51,910 nucleotides of DNA from positions 1-51,910 of the forward strand of contig JALHHX010000004.1 of assembly GCA_022837245.1 (NCBI GenBank). Reading direction: 5' to 3'. Shown here piece by piece: positions 8,191 to 17,150 of this stretch. Made by a program: the position numbers and the translations under genes. The stretch is from Lentisphaerota bacterium. Its GTDB lineage: Bacteria; Verrucomicrobiota; Kiritimatiellia; RFP12; UBA3636. Position 1 is the stretch's first letter, and each line of letters begins with the position of its first letter. The notes beneath the pieces were generated by a model, which saw nothing but the letters and a program-made list of their open reading frames with translations, made no database searches and was not told the DNA's origin.

Positions 8191-9851
8191 ATGCAAGGCA
8201 ACGAAAACAATGCGTGTCCAACACTCGAAATGAAAGCTGAAAGGGAAAAGAAATCTCCGGAAATCGACAGCCCAGAAGACGAGGGCTTCTTCGGGAGGCT
8301 GAGGCGCCGTTTCCGCGAAGCCTGGGCGCCGACATGGAAACTGCTGACCACGGACGTGTGGGATGTGGAGGCTGCCGCGCTGCCATACATCAAACGGAAA
8401 CTGGTGCGCACCACCCGTATTTTCACCATGGTCGGCAAGGGCTTCAAACAAGACGAATGCGGATTGCGTGCGTCATCTCTCACATATATGACGCTGCTCT
8501 CGTTCGTCCCCGTGCTTGCGCTCGCAGTCTCGGTGGTCAAGGGCATGAGCGACACCGAGGTTCTGCGCCAGAACTCGAAGAACTTCATCAGGTCGCTCGT
8601 GGCAGACGTGCAGCTGAAGAGCGAGGACATCGTCCCAGACGACGTTACGAACGGCGTCCCTGTCACAGCCGTGGAAGACATGACGGCGGACAACGGCGAT
8701 GCGCCCGCAACGGCGAACCACACCACGGTGGTGAACGCGTTGGAAGACGGCGCAGCCCCGGCAATCGAAGAAGAAGACGAAGACGCACCGCCCGGGGGGC
8801 TTACGATCGAGCGTATAGAGGAGATGATAGACTCAGGTTTCGACAAGGTTGAGGAGTTGAATTTCGGCGCCCTCGGCGGCATAGGCCTGATATTCCTCTT
8901 TCGGTGCTCGGCAACATTGAGGAGGCGTTCAACAAAGTTTGGGGAGTCACGAAAGGACGGACTCTTGCCCGTAAATTCACAGACTATCTGAGCGTCCTGA
9001 TAGTAGTGCCAGTGCTAATAATGGCGGCGTCTTCGCTCCCCGTTCTTAAAGTTATACAGGAGAATCTGAACAGGTTCGATGATGTTCTGAAGATTTCACA
9101 AACCGCAGGTTGGCCAGTGTTCGAGGGTCTCTGGGTGCTCTTTACCACAACTATCGCGTTCGCATTCATCCTGATTTTCACCCCGAACACGAAGGTCAAG
9201 GTCAAGTCCGGGATTATCGGGGGTTTCGTGTGCGCTATCGGGTTCGATTTGTGGTTGAAGATATGCGTCGCAATGCAGGTCGGGGTAGCAAAATACAGCA
9301 CGCTTTTCGGAAGCTTCGCGATCGTCCCGATCGTCCTGTCGTGGGTTTTCGTGAGCTGGGAGATTTTGCTTTTCAGCGCCGAGGTGTCCTACGCATTCCA
9401 GAATGTAGATATCTATAGCAAAGACATGGGATGGCGCAACGCAAACCAGAAAGGCCGCTTCATGCTCGCAGTGGCGATAATGCGCGAGGCAGCGAGGAGC
9501 ATAGCGCAAGGCGACGGACTTATCAGACTAGGGGATTTCGGCAGGCGCCATGGCCTCTCCCCCAGGCTGGTGCGAAACGTCGTCTCCGATCTGCAGGCAG
9601 GCGGGGTTCTGGTGGAGACGGCTGGCGATTCCGACGTGGTCGCCGTAAGAGTGGATATCGATTCATACACGGTGGGGGACGTAGTGCGGACACTGCTGGA
9701 GCTCGGGGTTTCGCCCGTGTCTCTCGGCGTGACGCACCTGTCGACTTCGTCCGTTGCCGGCGAAGAGATAGAGAGGGCGATTGCGGGCGGCATGGCGACA
9801 AGGATCAAAGATTTGCCCGACAACGAAGCGCGGGTGGAAGCGGATGGCTGA
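8191..9851 (+). pseudogene. YihY/BrkB-family membrane protein, split by a 1-nt frameshift at the T3 run 8899-8901
   Basis: Frame 1 carries LRASSLTYMTLLSFVPVLALAV...GALGGIGLIFLF. Frame 3 continues SVLGNIEEAFNKVWGV and the remaining TM helices. Together they reconstruct the family hallmark (compare E. coli YihY [21 protein letters not shown]). Changing T3 to T4 restores one ORF. Confidence 0.75.
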
Positions 9852-10368
9852 CGCAACGCGCAAAAAAGCGGATCTGCGGCATCGCGTGGCGGTTCTCGCG
9901 GAAAAGATTTTCTCGCTCGTGGCCTTCGCTTCGCTCGTCCCACTGTGCATGATGATGGAGGGATGCCAGACGGCGCAAATCCGGCCGGATCCGCGGTCGC
10001 AGCCGTTTACCACCAGCATGGAGGTGACGGGCTACGACAGCGGGCCGACATCCTGCGGATGGACGCGCGACTGGCTTGGCAGACCGGTCTACTCCTACGG
10101 GCCGTATAAGGGCAAACGCAAAGAGGTCGGCATCACCGCAAGCGGAAGCCGCGCCAAGCGGGGCACGGTTGCGGCCGACACGCGCTATTATCCCTTCGGC
10201 ACTATTCTGCACATCCCGGGATATGGGTATGGGCGCGTCGAAGACCGCGGCGGCGACATCAAAGGCGCACATCGGCTCGACCTCTGGTTCCCGACGGAGC
10301 GCGAGGCGCTCAAGTGGGGACGCAGGAAAAACGTGCGGGTCACCGTGTGGCGCCCGCCCCCCAAATAA
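9844..10368 (+). CDS. 3D-domain protein (MltA/YuiC-like cell-wall-binding or lytic domain), probably membrane-anchored or a lipoprotein
   Basis: C-terminal 3D-domain pattern GITASGSRAKRGTVAAD...YPFGTILHIPGYGYGRVEDRGGDIKG..LDLWF. There is an N-terminal hydrophobic segment ending in Cys. The ATG at 9844 overlaps the upstream stop by 8 nt. Confidence 0.8.
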   Translation: MADATRKKADLRHRVAVLAEKIFSLVAFASLVPLCMMMEGCQTAQIRPDPRSQPFTTSMEVTGYDSGPTSCGWTRDWLGRPVYSYGPYKGKRKEVGITASGSRAKRGTVAADTRYYPFGTILHIPGYGYGRVEDRGGDIKGAHRLDLWFPTEREALKWGRRKNVRVTVWRPPPK

Positions 10369-11652
10369 CTACTTGCCGAGTGGCGTGGTGGAGAAGAGTT
10401 TGCCTTCGCGCCAAACGCCACTGTGGCGCGAGCCGTCTGGCTGGACGTAAGTTCCTTCGCCCGAGATCATTCGTCCCGCTTTCCACTCTCCATTGACTTT
10501 GCCGCCATTGGCGTAGGTGAAGACACCTTTGCCGTGCGGGACGTCGTTCTTCCAGTTGCCGGAGTACTTGTCACCGCTGACGTAGGTGAAAGTCCCCACC
10601 CCGTTCCTCTTGCCTTTGCGCCATTCCCCTTCGAAGAATTCGCGGTCGTTTCTGCAGATCATTCCGAAGCCTTCGAACTTGCCGTTTTTCATCCCGCCCT
10701 GGTATAGCGAACCGTCGGGCATTTTGATGGTATTGGGGTCGTTTAGGAAGCGCCTGTACTGTTCTGCGACCGAGAGCCTGTACTCGGCGTCCCCGCCCGG
10801 CGTGGGAGGGGTTGCCGCTTCAGCCGCCTGAACGGGTTTGACTGGTTCGACCGAGGCTACTGATTCGGGTTTTACCGTCGTGGCGGTGTTCGCTTCGGGC
10901 ACAGCAGTAGGCTGTGGCGTGGCAGCGGGGAACGCCATGGCGGAGGCGGCCGCAATGGCGGCGATTTCGGGTGATATGCCCCCCGCCTGAACGGGCGCCG
11001 GACGGACAGAGGGACGGCGGGCCGGCTTAAAGACCGCTATAGCTTCTCCTGTTGCCAATTCCGCGGCGGTTTTGCCGACTTTGTTTTTAACGGTGGCGGA
11101 CGCACCCTTCGACAGGAGGAATCCCGCGAAAGCGCCTTTGCCGCCCGATGCGGCGAGATGGAGCGCGGTGCCGCCGCGGCCGTCCTGGGCGTCGATGGCG
11201 GCTCCGGCTTCGAGGAGGAATTTAGCGACCTCGGTGTTTCCACTACGCGCCGCGAAGTGAAGCGGAGTGAAGCCGTTCTTGGCGGCTGCGTTCACATTGG
11301 CATTCTGTTTGAGCAGCAGACGCAGCGTGTCCTTCGCGCCTTTGTCGGCCGCCCAGTGCAGAGGCGTGGTGAGGCTGCCCTCCGTCTGGGTATCAACGGA
11401 CATGCCGGCGTTGAGCAGACGGAAGACGGCCTCCGTGCTGTCGAGCGAAGCGGCATAGTGCAACGGCGTTATGCCGGCGCCAGTGCGCGACCCGAGGGTG
11501 GCTTCCTTGTTTGTGCTGAGCATCGTGGACACGGCGTCCATGTCATTAAGCATGATCGCGCCGAAGATGTCGCCCGCGACTGATTTTCCCGTCTGGGCCG
11601 ACGCGATTCCCGCGCATGTTGCGACCAGTGCCGCTATTATCTGTTGTTTCAT
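10369..11652 (-). CDS. Secreted ankyrin-repeat / MORN-repeat fusion protein
   Basis: Signal peptide MKQQIIAALVATCAGIASAQ. About five ANK repeats (G.TPLH.AA..G....V..LL..GA). A Pro/Ala-rich linker. C-terminal MORN repeats (YxGxWxxGKxxGxG, about 5 copies). Confidence 0.85.
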   Translation of the reverse strand: MKQQIIAALVATCAGIASAQTGKSVAGDIFGAIMLNDMDAVSTMLSTNKEATLGSRTGAGITPLHYAASLDSTEAVFRLLNAGMSVDTQTEGSLTTPLHWAADKGAKDTLRLLLKQNANVNAAAKNGFTPLHFAARSGNTEVAKFLLEAGAAIDAQDGRGGTALHLAASGGKGAFAGFLLSKGASATVKNKVGKTAAELATGEAIAVFKPARRPSVRPAPVQAGGISPEIAAIAAASAMAFPAATPQPTAVPEANTATTVKPESVASVEPVKPVQAAEAATPPTPGGDAEYRLSVAEQYRRFLNDPNTIKMPDGSLYQGGMKNGKFEGFGMICRNDREFFEGEWRKGKRNGVGTFTYVSGDKYSGNWKNDVPHGKGVFTYANGGKVNGEWKAGRMISGEGTYVQPDGSRHSGVWREGKLFSTTPLGK

Positions 11653-11683
11653 GTTCTTTTTCCTGTTAAGGTTAAGTTGGTGG

Positions 11684-12601
11684 TTAAGTTTTTGATGGGG
11701 CTCGCGGACCTGTCGGTGTCAGGATCCGCAGCGCGCCTTTCTCCACGGAAATATCGAGGTTCTTCGGCGCGTCGCGCAGTTCGCCGTCTATCTGTATTGA
11801 CTGCGATTCAGTCCGTTCGATGCGCACGTGCTGTATTTTGCGGTAGATGACGTTCGGGAGGTTTATAACGCCGCGGCTGAAGACGTCGGCGATATTCGCG
11901 AGCAGTAGCGGGGCGTCCTTCTGCCGTGCCGCCACGAGCTCGAGCTTGCCGTCGCAGCCGTCGGCCGCCTTGTCGATAAGCGCTCCGTAGCCCCAGCCGC
12001 TGAGGTTGCCGATCGTTAGCAGGAGCGGCCGGTCGATGTCTATCGTCTCGCGCCCGTCTATGATTATCCGCACGGGTCTGGACGAAAACTCGAAAAACGA
12101 ATAGACGCCGGCTATTACGTACGATCCGATCCCCCGCAAGGGCGACATGTTGTAGGCCTTTACGAGGGCGGCGTCCCATGCGGCGCTGGCGCTGATTAGA
12201 AACGGCGTTTCGTTCACGTAGCCCACGTCCATATCCCTGACGAATCCCGATGCCAGCTGCTCAATCGCCTCCACGGCGTTGAGCGACTGCGCGAAGTGGC
12301 GCGCGAGGCCGTTGCCGCTGCCGAGCGGCACGACTCCCATGCAGACATCGGAGCCGATGAGTTGCGTGCCGATGGTGCTGACCGTGCCATCGCCGCCACA
12401 CACGATCACGCAGTCCGTCCCATCTGCCAGCGCATTGGCGAGCATGGCATGAGATTCCTCTACGTTTGCCGGAAAATACCAGGCTATATCGCGGGCGGTT
12501 TTGCGCCAATACTGCGAAAAAGCCTCCAAGACACGCTGGAGGGATTGACCGCCGACGCCCGATTTGCTGTTGTAGAAAACTCGTACTTTCTCAAAATTCA
12601 T
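11684..12601 (-). CDS. Lipid/diacylglycerol kinase family protein (YegS/BmrU-like)
   Basis: DAGK catalytic-domain motifs VIVCGGDGTVS and VPLGSGNGLARHF. ATG at 12601 (MNFEKVRVFYN), 10 nt after the upstream stop. Confidence 0.85.
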   Translation of the reverse strand: MNFEKVRVFYNSKSGVGGQSLQRVLEAFSQYWRKTARDIAWYFPANVEESHAMLANALADGTDCVIVCGGDGTVSTIGTQLIGSDVCMGVVPLGSGNGLARHFAQSLNAVEAIEQLASGFVRDMDVGYVNETPFLISASAAWDAALVKAYNMSPLRGIGSYVIAGVYSFFEFSSRPVRIIIDGRETIDIDRPLLLTIGNLSGWGYGALIDKAADGCDGKLELVAARQKDAPLLLANIADVFSRGVINLPNVIYRKIQHVRIERTESQSIQIDGELRDAPKNLDISVEKGALRILTPTGPRAPSKT

Positions 12602-12611
12602 CGCCGGGTTT

Positions 12612-14687
12612 CTATTCAAGAGCCTTGCGCACCTCGCCGAGCCTCTCGCGTTCCGATATCGAAAGCATCTCCAAGTTCTTGTCGACGACCCCGACCGCCT
12701 TGGCGGCCGCTTCTTTGTCGCCATTCTCAAGGCTCAGTTCGGCATAGCGCAACTGCACACGCGGGTCTTCTCCGCCGGGCAGCGCCACGGCCTTTTTAAG
12801 CGATTCAAGCGCCTCCGCTTTCTTCCCGAGACCCGCCAGTGCGGCAGCTAGCGTGTCCCATACCGCCGGTTGTGTATCACCGCCCGAGGCCAGCGCGGCG
12901 CGCGCGAGGTTCTCGGCAAGTTGGAAACTCCCCATCTCGACAACCATCGCCGCGTAGTCGTTGGCCACGAACCACGCGGGATTCTGCGACAAGCTTATCT
13001 GGAAATGGCGCTCCGCCGCTTGGTACTGCTTCTTGCCCACCAACAGCGTCGCCTTCACGTAGTTGGCGAAAAAGTCCAGCGCGTTCATACGCAGCGCCGT
13101 GTCCGCGTGTTCGCCGGCCGCGATTGTGTCGCCAGTCATCATATCCAGCAACAATGCCGAACGGAACGCAAAGTCGGCATCGGCCCCCGCCTTGACCGCC
13201 TTATCGGAAAACTTCTTCGCCGTCGCGGCGTCATTCGCAACGAGCGCCTCAAGGCTCTTCGCCGACAGCCCGATCCACTCCGGCGCGCCTTCCATGGCAC
13301 CCAGCTCTTTTACGACTTGCAACAGCTTGGCGTTGTCGCCCATGTCTGAATAAATCGATGCGCATTTGCGCAGCACTTCAGCGGCGTTTCCTTCTGTTTT
13401 GGCTCCCAGCACGGCCTCCACAGCCTCAAGGTGCCTGCCCGTCCGCCGCAGGATGTCGGCTCTCGCGAAAGCCACCAGTTTGGCGTCCGCGCCCGGCATA
13501 GTCCCGGCCTTCTTAACCGCCCGTCCCGCGCGCACGGCATCGCCCATTATCATATGCATCTCGGCGATTTTCAAAAGATATTCCCAAGTCAGCCCCTCAT
13601 GCGGAAATTCCGAGAGCAACATCATCGGTGCCTGCGAACCTGCTGTCTGCATCCCGACCGACAGTGGCATCTGCTGCATGATTGCCATGCGCATGCCTTC
13701 GTCTTTCACAGCGCCCATGGCGCGCGCGTAGCTGTTCGTGTCCGCGGCGCCGATTCCGGAAAACGTCCATGTCCAGCCTGCCTCCAGAAAGTACTCAGGT
13801 TTCAGCACGTATCCGGCATTTGCGGCGAGAGTCCAGCTCCCGCCACCCGCACGGCCAAGCGCGTTAAGCTCGCCCGCAAAGCGCTCCATCAGTTCGGGCC
13901 GGGCGCCCTCGCGCACGAGCGTCGCCTTGTTCAGCAGCGCGCTTAGGTTGTCCTTGTCGATCGCGCCCGCTTGTATGAAGACATTCAGCGCCTCGTTCGT
14001 CATGGCCGCGTTGTATAGCAACACTCCGAGGTTGTTGCCTGACATCGCCGTCTGCGCGCTGATCCGCTTTTTCAGCGCATCCACATTATCTCCGCCCGGC
14101 ACCACCGCCACCATCTCCCCAACGGCGTCGCGCTCTTGAAGGTATTTCCCCAGCACCTTCTCCAGCAGGTTGGAATTGACCTCCTCCGGTTTCCGCAGCA
14201 AATACACAAGCCCGGAAGGCACCGCCTCGAAGCCACCGAAAGCCGCGAGCGAGGGCCACGCCGCGAGGGCCAAGTTCGTCGCCGCCACATCAGGCTTCTC
14301 CTTCATCCACGACAAAGCGAATGGCACCGAACCCAGCATGGCCGCTGCTTCAAGCTTGGGAGATCCGAGTTTTTGAACAGACGTCTCGAACGCATCCAGT
14401 TCCGCCTCGGTGGCCTGCCGCCCCGGCATCACCACAAGCCCGGCAAGACCCCTGGATTCCGCTCGCGCCGCCAGCTGTTCACCCAGAAACCCATCGCCCA
14501 GAACCCACTTGCGCCCTTCAAGGGAATCCAGAATGGAGTCCGAATAGAAAGAAGCCATCTGCTCCGAATCCGCATCTGGCGGACCGCCGGGCGATTGCAC
14601 GGCTACCGCAGCGGCCACCCCGCCCGTGCACGCGATTACCGTGCACAGCGCGATAAATGCGACCTTATGGAATTCCGTGTGTTTCAT
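12612..14687 (-). CDS. Membrane-anchored or secreted TPR-repeat protein of unknown function
   Basis: N-terminal hydrophobic segment VAFIALCTVIACTGGVAAAVAV. The C-terminal half is rich in 34-residue TPR-like Ala/Leu/Tyr periodicity (for example YQAAERHFQISLSQNPAW and EALESLKKAVALPGGEDP). Confidence 0.75.
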   Translation of the reverse strand: MKHTEFHKVAFIALCTVIACTGGVAAAVAVQSPGGPPDADSEQMASFYSDSILDSLEGRKWVLGDGFLGEQLAARAESRGLAGLVVMPGRQATEAELDAFETSVQKLGSPKLEAAAMLGSVPFALSWMKEKPDVAATNLALAAWPSLAAFGGFEAVPSGLVYLLRKPEEVNSNLLEKVLGKYLQERDAVGEMVAVVPGGDNVDALKKRISAQTAMSGNNLGVLLYNAAMTNEALNVFIQAGAIDKDNLSALLNKATLVREGARPELMERFAGELNALGRAGGGSWTLAANAGYVLKPEYFLEAGWTWTFSGIGAADTNSYARAMGAVKDEGMRMAIMQQMPLSVGMQTAGSQAPMMLLSEFPHEGLTWEYLLKIAEMHMIMGDAVRAGRAVKKAGTMPGADAKLVAFARADILRRTGRHLEAVEAVLGAKTEGNAAEVLRKCASIYSDMGDNAKLLQVVKELGAMEGAPEWIGLSAKSLEALVANDAATAKKFSDKAVKAGADADFAFRSALLLDMMTGDTIAAGEHADTALRMNALDFFANYVKATLLVGKKQYQAAERHFQISLSQNPAWFVANDYAAMVVEMGSFQLAENLARAALASGGDTQPAVWDTLAAALAGLGKKAEALESLKKAVALPGGEDPRVQLRYAELSLENGDKEAAAKAVGVVDKNLEMLSISERERLGEVRKALE

Positions 14688-14699
14688 AGGTTAAGAACA

Positions 14700-14773
14700 T
14701 GGAGCGGGTGATGGGAGTCGAACCCACGTGGCCAGCTTGGAAGGCTGGAGCTTTACCGTTAAGCAACACCCGC
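14700..14773 (-). tRNA. tRNA-Gly (anticodon UCC), CCA-encoded
   Basis: Reverse complement GCGGGTG-TT-GCTT-AACGGTA-AAGC-T-CCAGC-CTTCCAA-GCTGG-CCAC-GTGGG-TTCGACT-CCCAT-CACCCGC-T-CCA folds as a 74-nt cloverleaf. The anticodon loop is CU-UCC-AA. Confidence 0.9.
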
Positions 14774-15061
14774 GCTCTCAAAAACACAACGGAATTTATA
14801 CTATTCGCCCCGCAAAAGCAACAAAAAACGGTAAAGGAATGTGAAAGTCAGCGACTGGGGGGAGTGACAGGATGTCGGAATATTTGAATGGAATAATGTG
14901 ATGACGGGTGAAGGTAGTTTCGGGGACATGCGGCTAGAAAGCCATCTGGTAACATCGAACTTGAACCCATTGTTCCCAGACCTTGGCGGCGAATCCTTGC
15001 CGCAGAGCGACACGGAGGCTTCCGCGCATCCGGAAGCCCCCGCCGTTCGCTGAAAGAGCGT

Positions 15062-15316
15062 CTATTCCACTATGAGGATGACCACCGGATCGACGAGTGT
15101 CATGTCGGGGCCGTCAAAGGTGACGTCGAGGCGGACATGGCATGCAAGGTCCGTGAAGGGGAACACTAGCTTGTCCGTCGGCGTGATTGTGACTGGCACC
15201 GCGTTTGTCGAAATGCCCGTGATTGTGTAGCGGAATGGCACTGCGATGGTAACATTCGTGCCGCCTCCGAATGGAACCTCGAAGCGCGTGATCTGCGGCT
15301 TGTTGGGCAACGGCAC
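15062..15316 (-). CDS. Small hypothetical protein, or the 3' remnant of a longer gene
   Basis: 84-codon ORF with a GTG start. The same frame stays open and protein-like for about 40 more codons upstream (GTRVGVSAIERKPDTLIIERAFS) without any start codon. No recognisable motifs. Confidence 0.25.
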   Translation of the reverse strand: MPLPNKPQITRFEVPFGGGTNVTIAVPFRYTITGISTNAVPVTITPTDKLVFPFTDLACHVRLDVTFDGPDMTLVDPVVILIVE

Positions 15317-15483
15317 GCTGAAGGCGCGTTCGATGATCAGCGTGTCGGGCTTCCTTTCGATGGCCGAGACGCCGACGCGCGTTCCCGAGAATTCGCGGCG
15401 CGCGCCACACTTCCGCTTGCCCCGCGAAAAATTCCACCCTCCCCGAGCACTACCCGATTACGAGATTTCTGGGGATATTCTCT

Positions 15484-15580
15484 CCCCATTTTTCCAAGCC
15501 AAAGCTCAGTTTTCTGGGTCAAATGCTCTTCAATTTTGATGGGTAAATTACGCCTACGCCAAAACTCCGGAAAAATGGGG
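15484..15580. repeat. 12-bp perfect inverted repeat CCCCATTTTTCC / GGAAAAATGGGG separated by 73 nt
   Basis: Arms at 15484-15495 and 15569-15580, read directly. The right arm is part of the dispersed motif GGAAAA(A)TGGGG(A/G)AAGYCC, which also occurs at 153-173 and 42198-42213. Confidence 0.6.
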
Positions 15581-15692
15581 GAAGTCCAATATCACGTTTC
15601 CACTTGCACGAAATGGCGTCAAACTGCATGTTGGCTTTCTTTTGCATTTTTCTTTTTCTCCGCGGCTGCGAAGTTATGAACAGAGAATGTGG

Positions 15693-17150
15693 TTACGGCG
15701 TAACAATCTCTGCTTCAACGCCGAAACTTGCCGCGACCTTGGCGATGGTTGCCGCATTATGACCAATCCCAAGGGCGAAATGATGAGTCGGCCCAGCGAG
15801 GCTCCACCGGCGCAGGAAGGTGCGCATGTCAGGCGAAAATCTACCGTGTGTGTTAGTGTTGCCAGTAGGAGGGATCGGCCCAGCAGTGGATTCACCTTCC
15901 GCAATCACGAACTTGAATTTGCCGTCATGCATGCTACTAATGCTCAGCAGCGTTATCGGGCCTGTTTTGATGTTGAATTCCACTCCGGCACCGGATCCGG
16001 GTTTTCCATGGTATTTGCGAAGACTTCGCAGAACGGGTTTGCCGTCCGCGATGTTGAGGTGGTGCGGTCCATCGTGGCCGACGAGGACAGAGTCGCGTTC
16101 AAAGTCCATGGGATGGAATTCCGCGAAGCTACCGCCGATTTCGAGCCGGTCCATTATTAGCATCGCGATGCAAGTCTTTATGTCAAACTCGCCGCACATA
16201 GGGAAGCCTGCCGCAGTGAGAAGCGAGTTGCCCACGATAAAGTTTGTGACAAGCTTTCGCATTTCAGATCCAGGCTGCGCCTCGTAGTAGTAGGCAAATC
16301 CGGAAAGGTTTTTCGAATCGATGAATCGCTCAAGGGCGACGGCGGCGCGTGCGGCAGTGAGCAGGTCCGCATCTGTGAGTTTTGTCGTTAGTGGATCTGA
16401 TGCCGGTTCCGGCGTGTCGAAGAATGTTAGAATGCGCTCCTTCATAGCCTTGACGGCGCTGTCGTCAGCGTCGAGCTTTACGAAGTGCGTCATGATTTCG
16501 TCGGGCTCGCATTGCACGGCGTGGCATCCGAACGTGCCGGTAAGCGCAGTGACGTCGGTCTGCATGTCCAGCATTGATTCAAGCACGTGCCCCATGTGTC
16601 CGATGCGTGCGCGCCGCAGGTCGCGGCGCACATGCGCGATGCGGCACCATTCTGCGAGCGCGGCATCGGCGGCCTGGTCGTTTTCAAGAGTGCCCACGAT
16701 CACATCAGCCACAGGCTTTCCGACCCGGATCGCGACGCCAGTAAACTCGGGCACGCTGCAGTAGTCGTCATTGCAGAGCTGCATATACGTCGTGCCTTCA
16801 GCATATTTCATTGCCTTGAGCGGCTGGAGCGCAACGAGAATCACGGGGCAGTTCATCTCGCGCGCAATGGCGGCGAACGTCGAGCTGGTGGCATACGTCA
16901 CCATATCGAATAGAAGTATGTCGAGATCGGCCGCTTTAATTTTTGGGAGTGCCTCGTAGGCTTTGGCGGCGTTGTCAACCATGCCGAAATCAAAAACCGT
17001 CACCTGGTTCTGCTTCAGCTTGTCAATCAGGACGCCCGTCTTGCGGTTCATCTCGTCGAGAAGTCCTGGGAACTGTCCCCAGTAGGTGTCGAGTCCTACC
17101 GAGACCACCCCAACGTTCGCATCCAGCTTTTTAATCCGTTCAATTTTCAT
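15693..17150 (-). CDS. L-arabinose isomerase family protein (AraA-like sugar isomerase)
   Basis: Collinear with E. coli AraA over the catalytic half: GEFDIKTC (AraA GEGDWKTA), SFAEFH (SFMEDY), VGHDGPH (LGSHMLE), GPTHHFALG (GGAHHTVFS). The ATG at 17150 (MKIERIKK) overlaps the upstream stop by 11 nt. Confidence 0.8.
   Translation of the reverse strand: MKIERIKKLDANVGVVSVGLDTYWGQFPGLLDEMNRKTGVLIDKLKQNQVTVFDFGMVDNAAKAYEALPKIKAADLDILLFDMVTYATSSTFAAIAREMNCPVILVALQPLKAMKYAEGTTYMQLCNDDYCSVPEFTGVAIRVGKPVADVIVGTLENDQAADAALAEWCRIAHVRRDLRRARIGHMGHVLESMLDMQTDVTALTGTFGCHAVQCEPDEIMTHFVKLDADDSAVKAMKERILTFFDTPEPASDPLTTKLTDADLLTAARAAVALERFIDSKNLSGFAYYYEAQPGSEMRKLVTNFIVGNSLLTAAGFPMCGEFDIKTCIAMLIMDRLEIGGSFAEFHPMDFERDSVLVGHDGPHHLNIADGKPVLRSLRKYHGKPGSGAGVEFNIKTGPITLLSISSMHDGKFKFVIAEGESTAGPIPPTGNTNTHGRFSPDMRTFLRRWSLAGPTHHFALGIGHNAATIAKVAASFGVEAEIVTP

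Noticed and set aside
8904-9851. Treating the two YihY-region ORFs (8182-8991 and 8904-9851) as two independent genes
   Set aside because: The conserved YihY core is split exactly across them, and the tail of the first ORF after 8901 is non-homologous read-through. A single T insertion at 8899-8901 yields one canonical protein.
12612-15061. Genomic-island integration at tRNA-Gly
   Set aside because: There is no integrase or recombinase gene on either side. I saw no direct repeat of the tRNA 3' end in the window, and the flanking genes have the same composition as the rest of the window.
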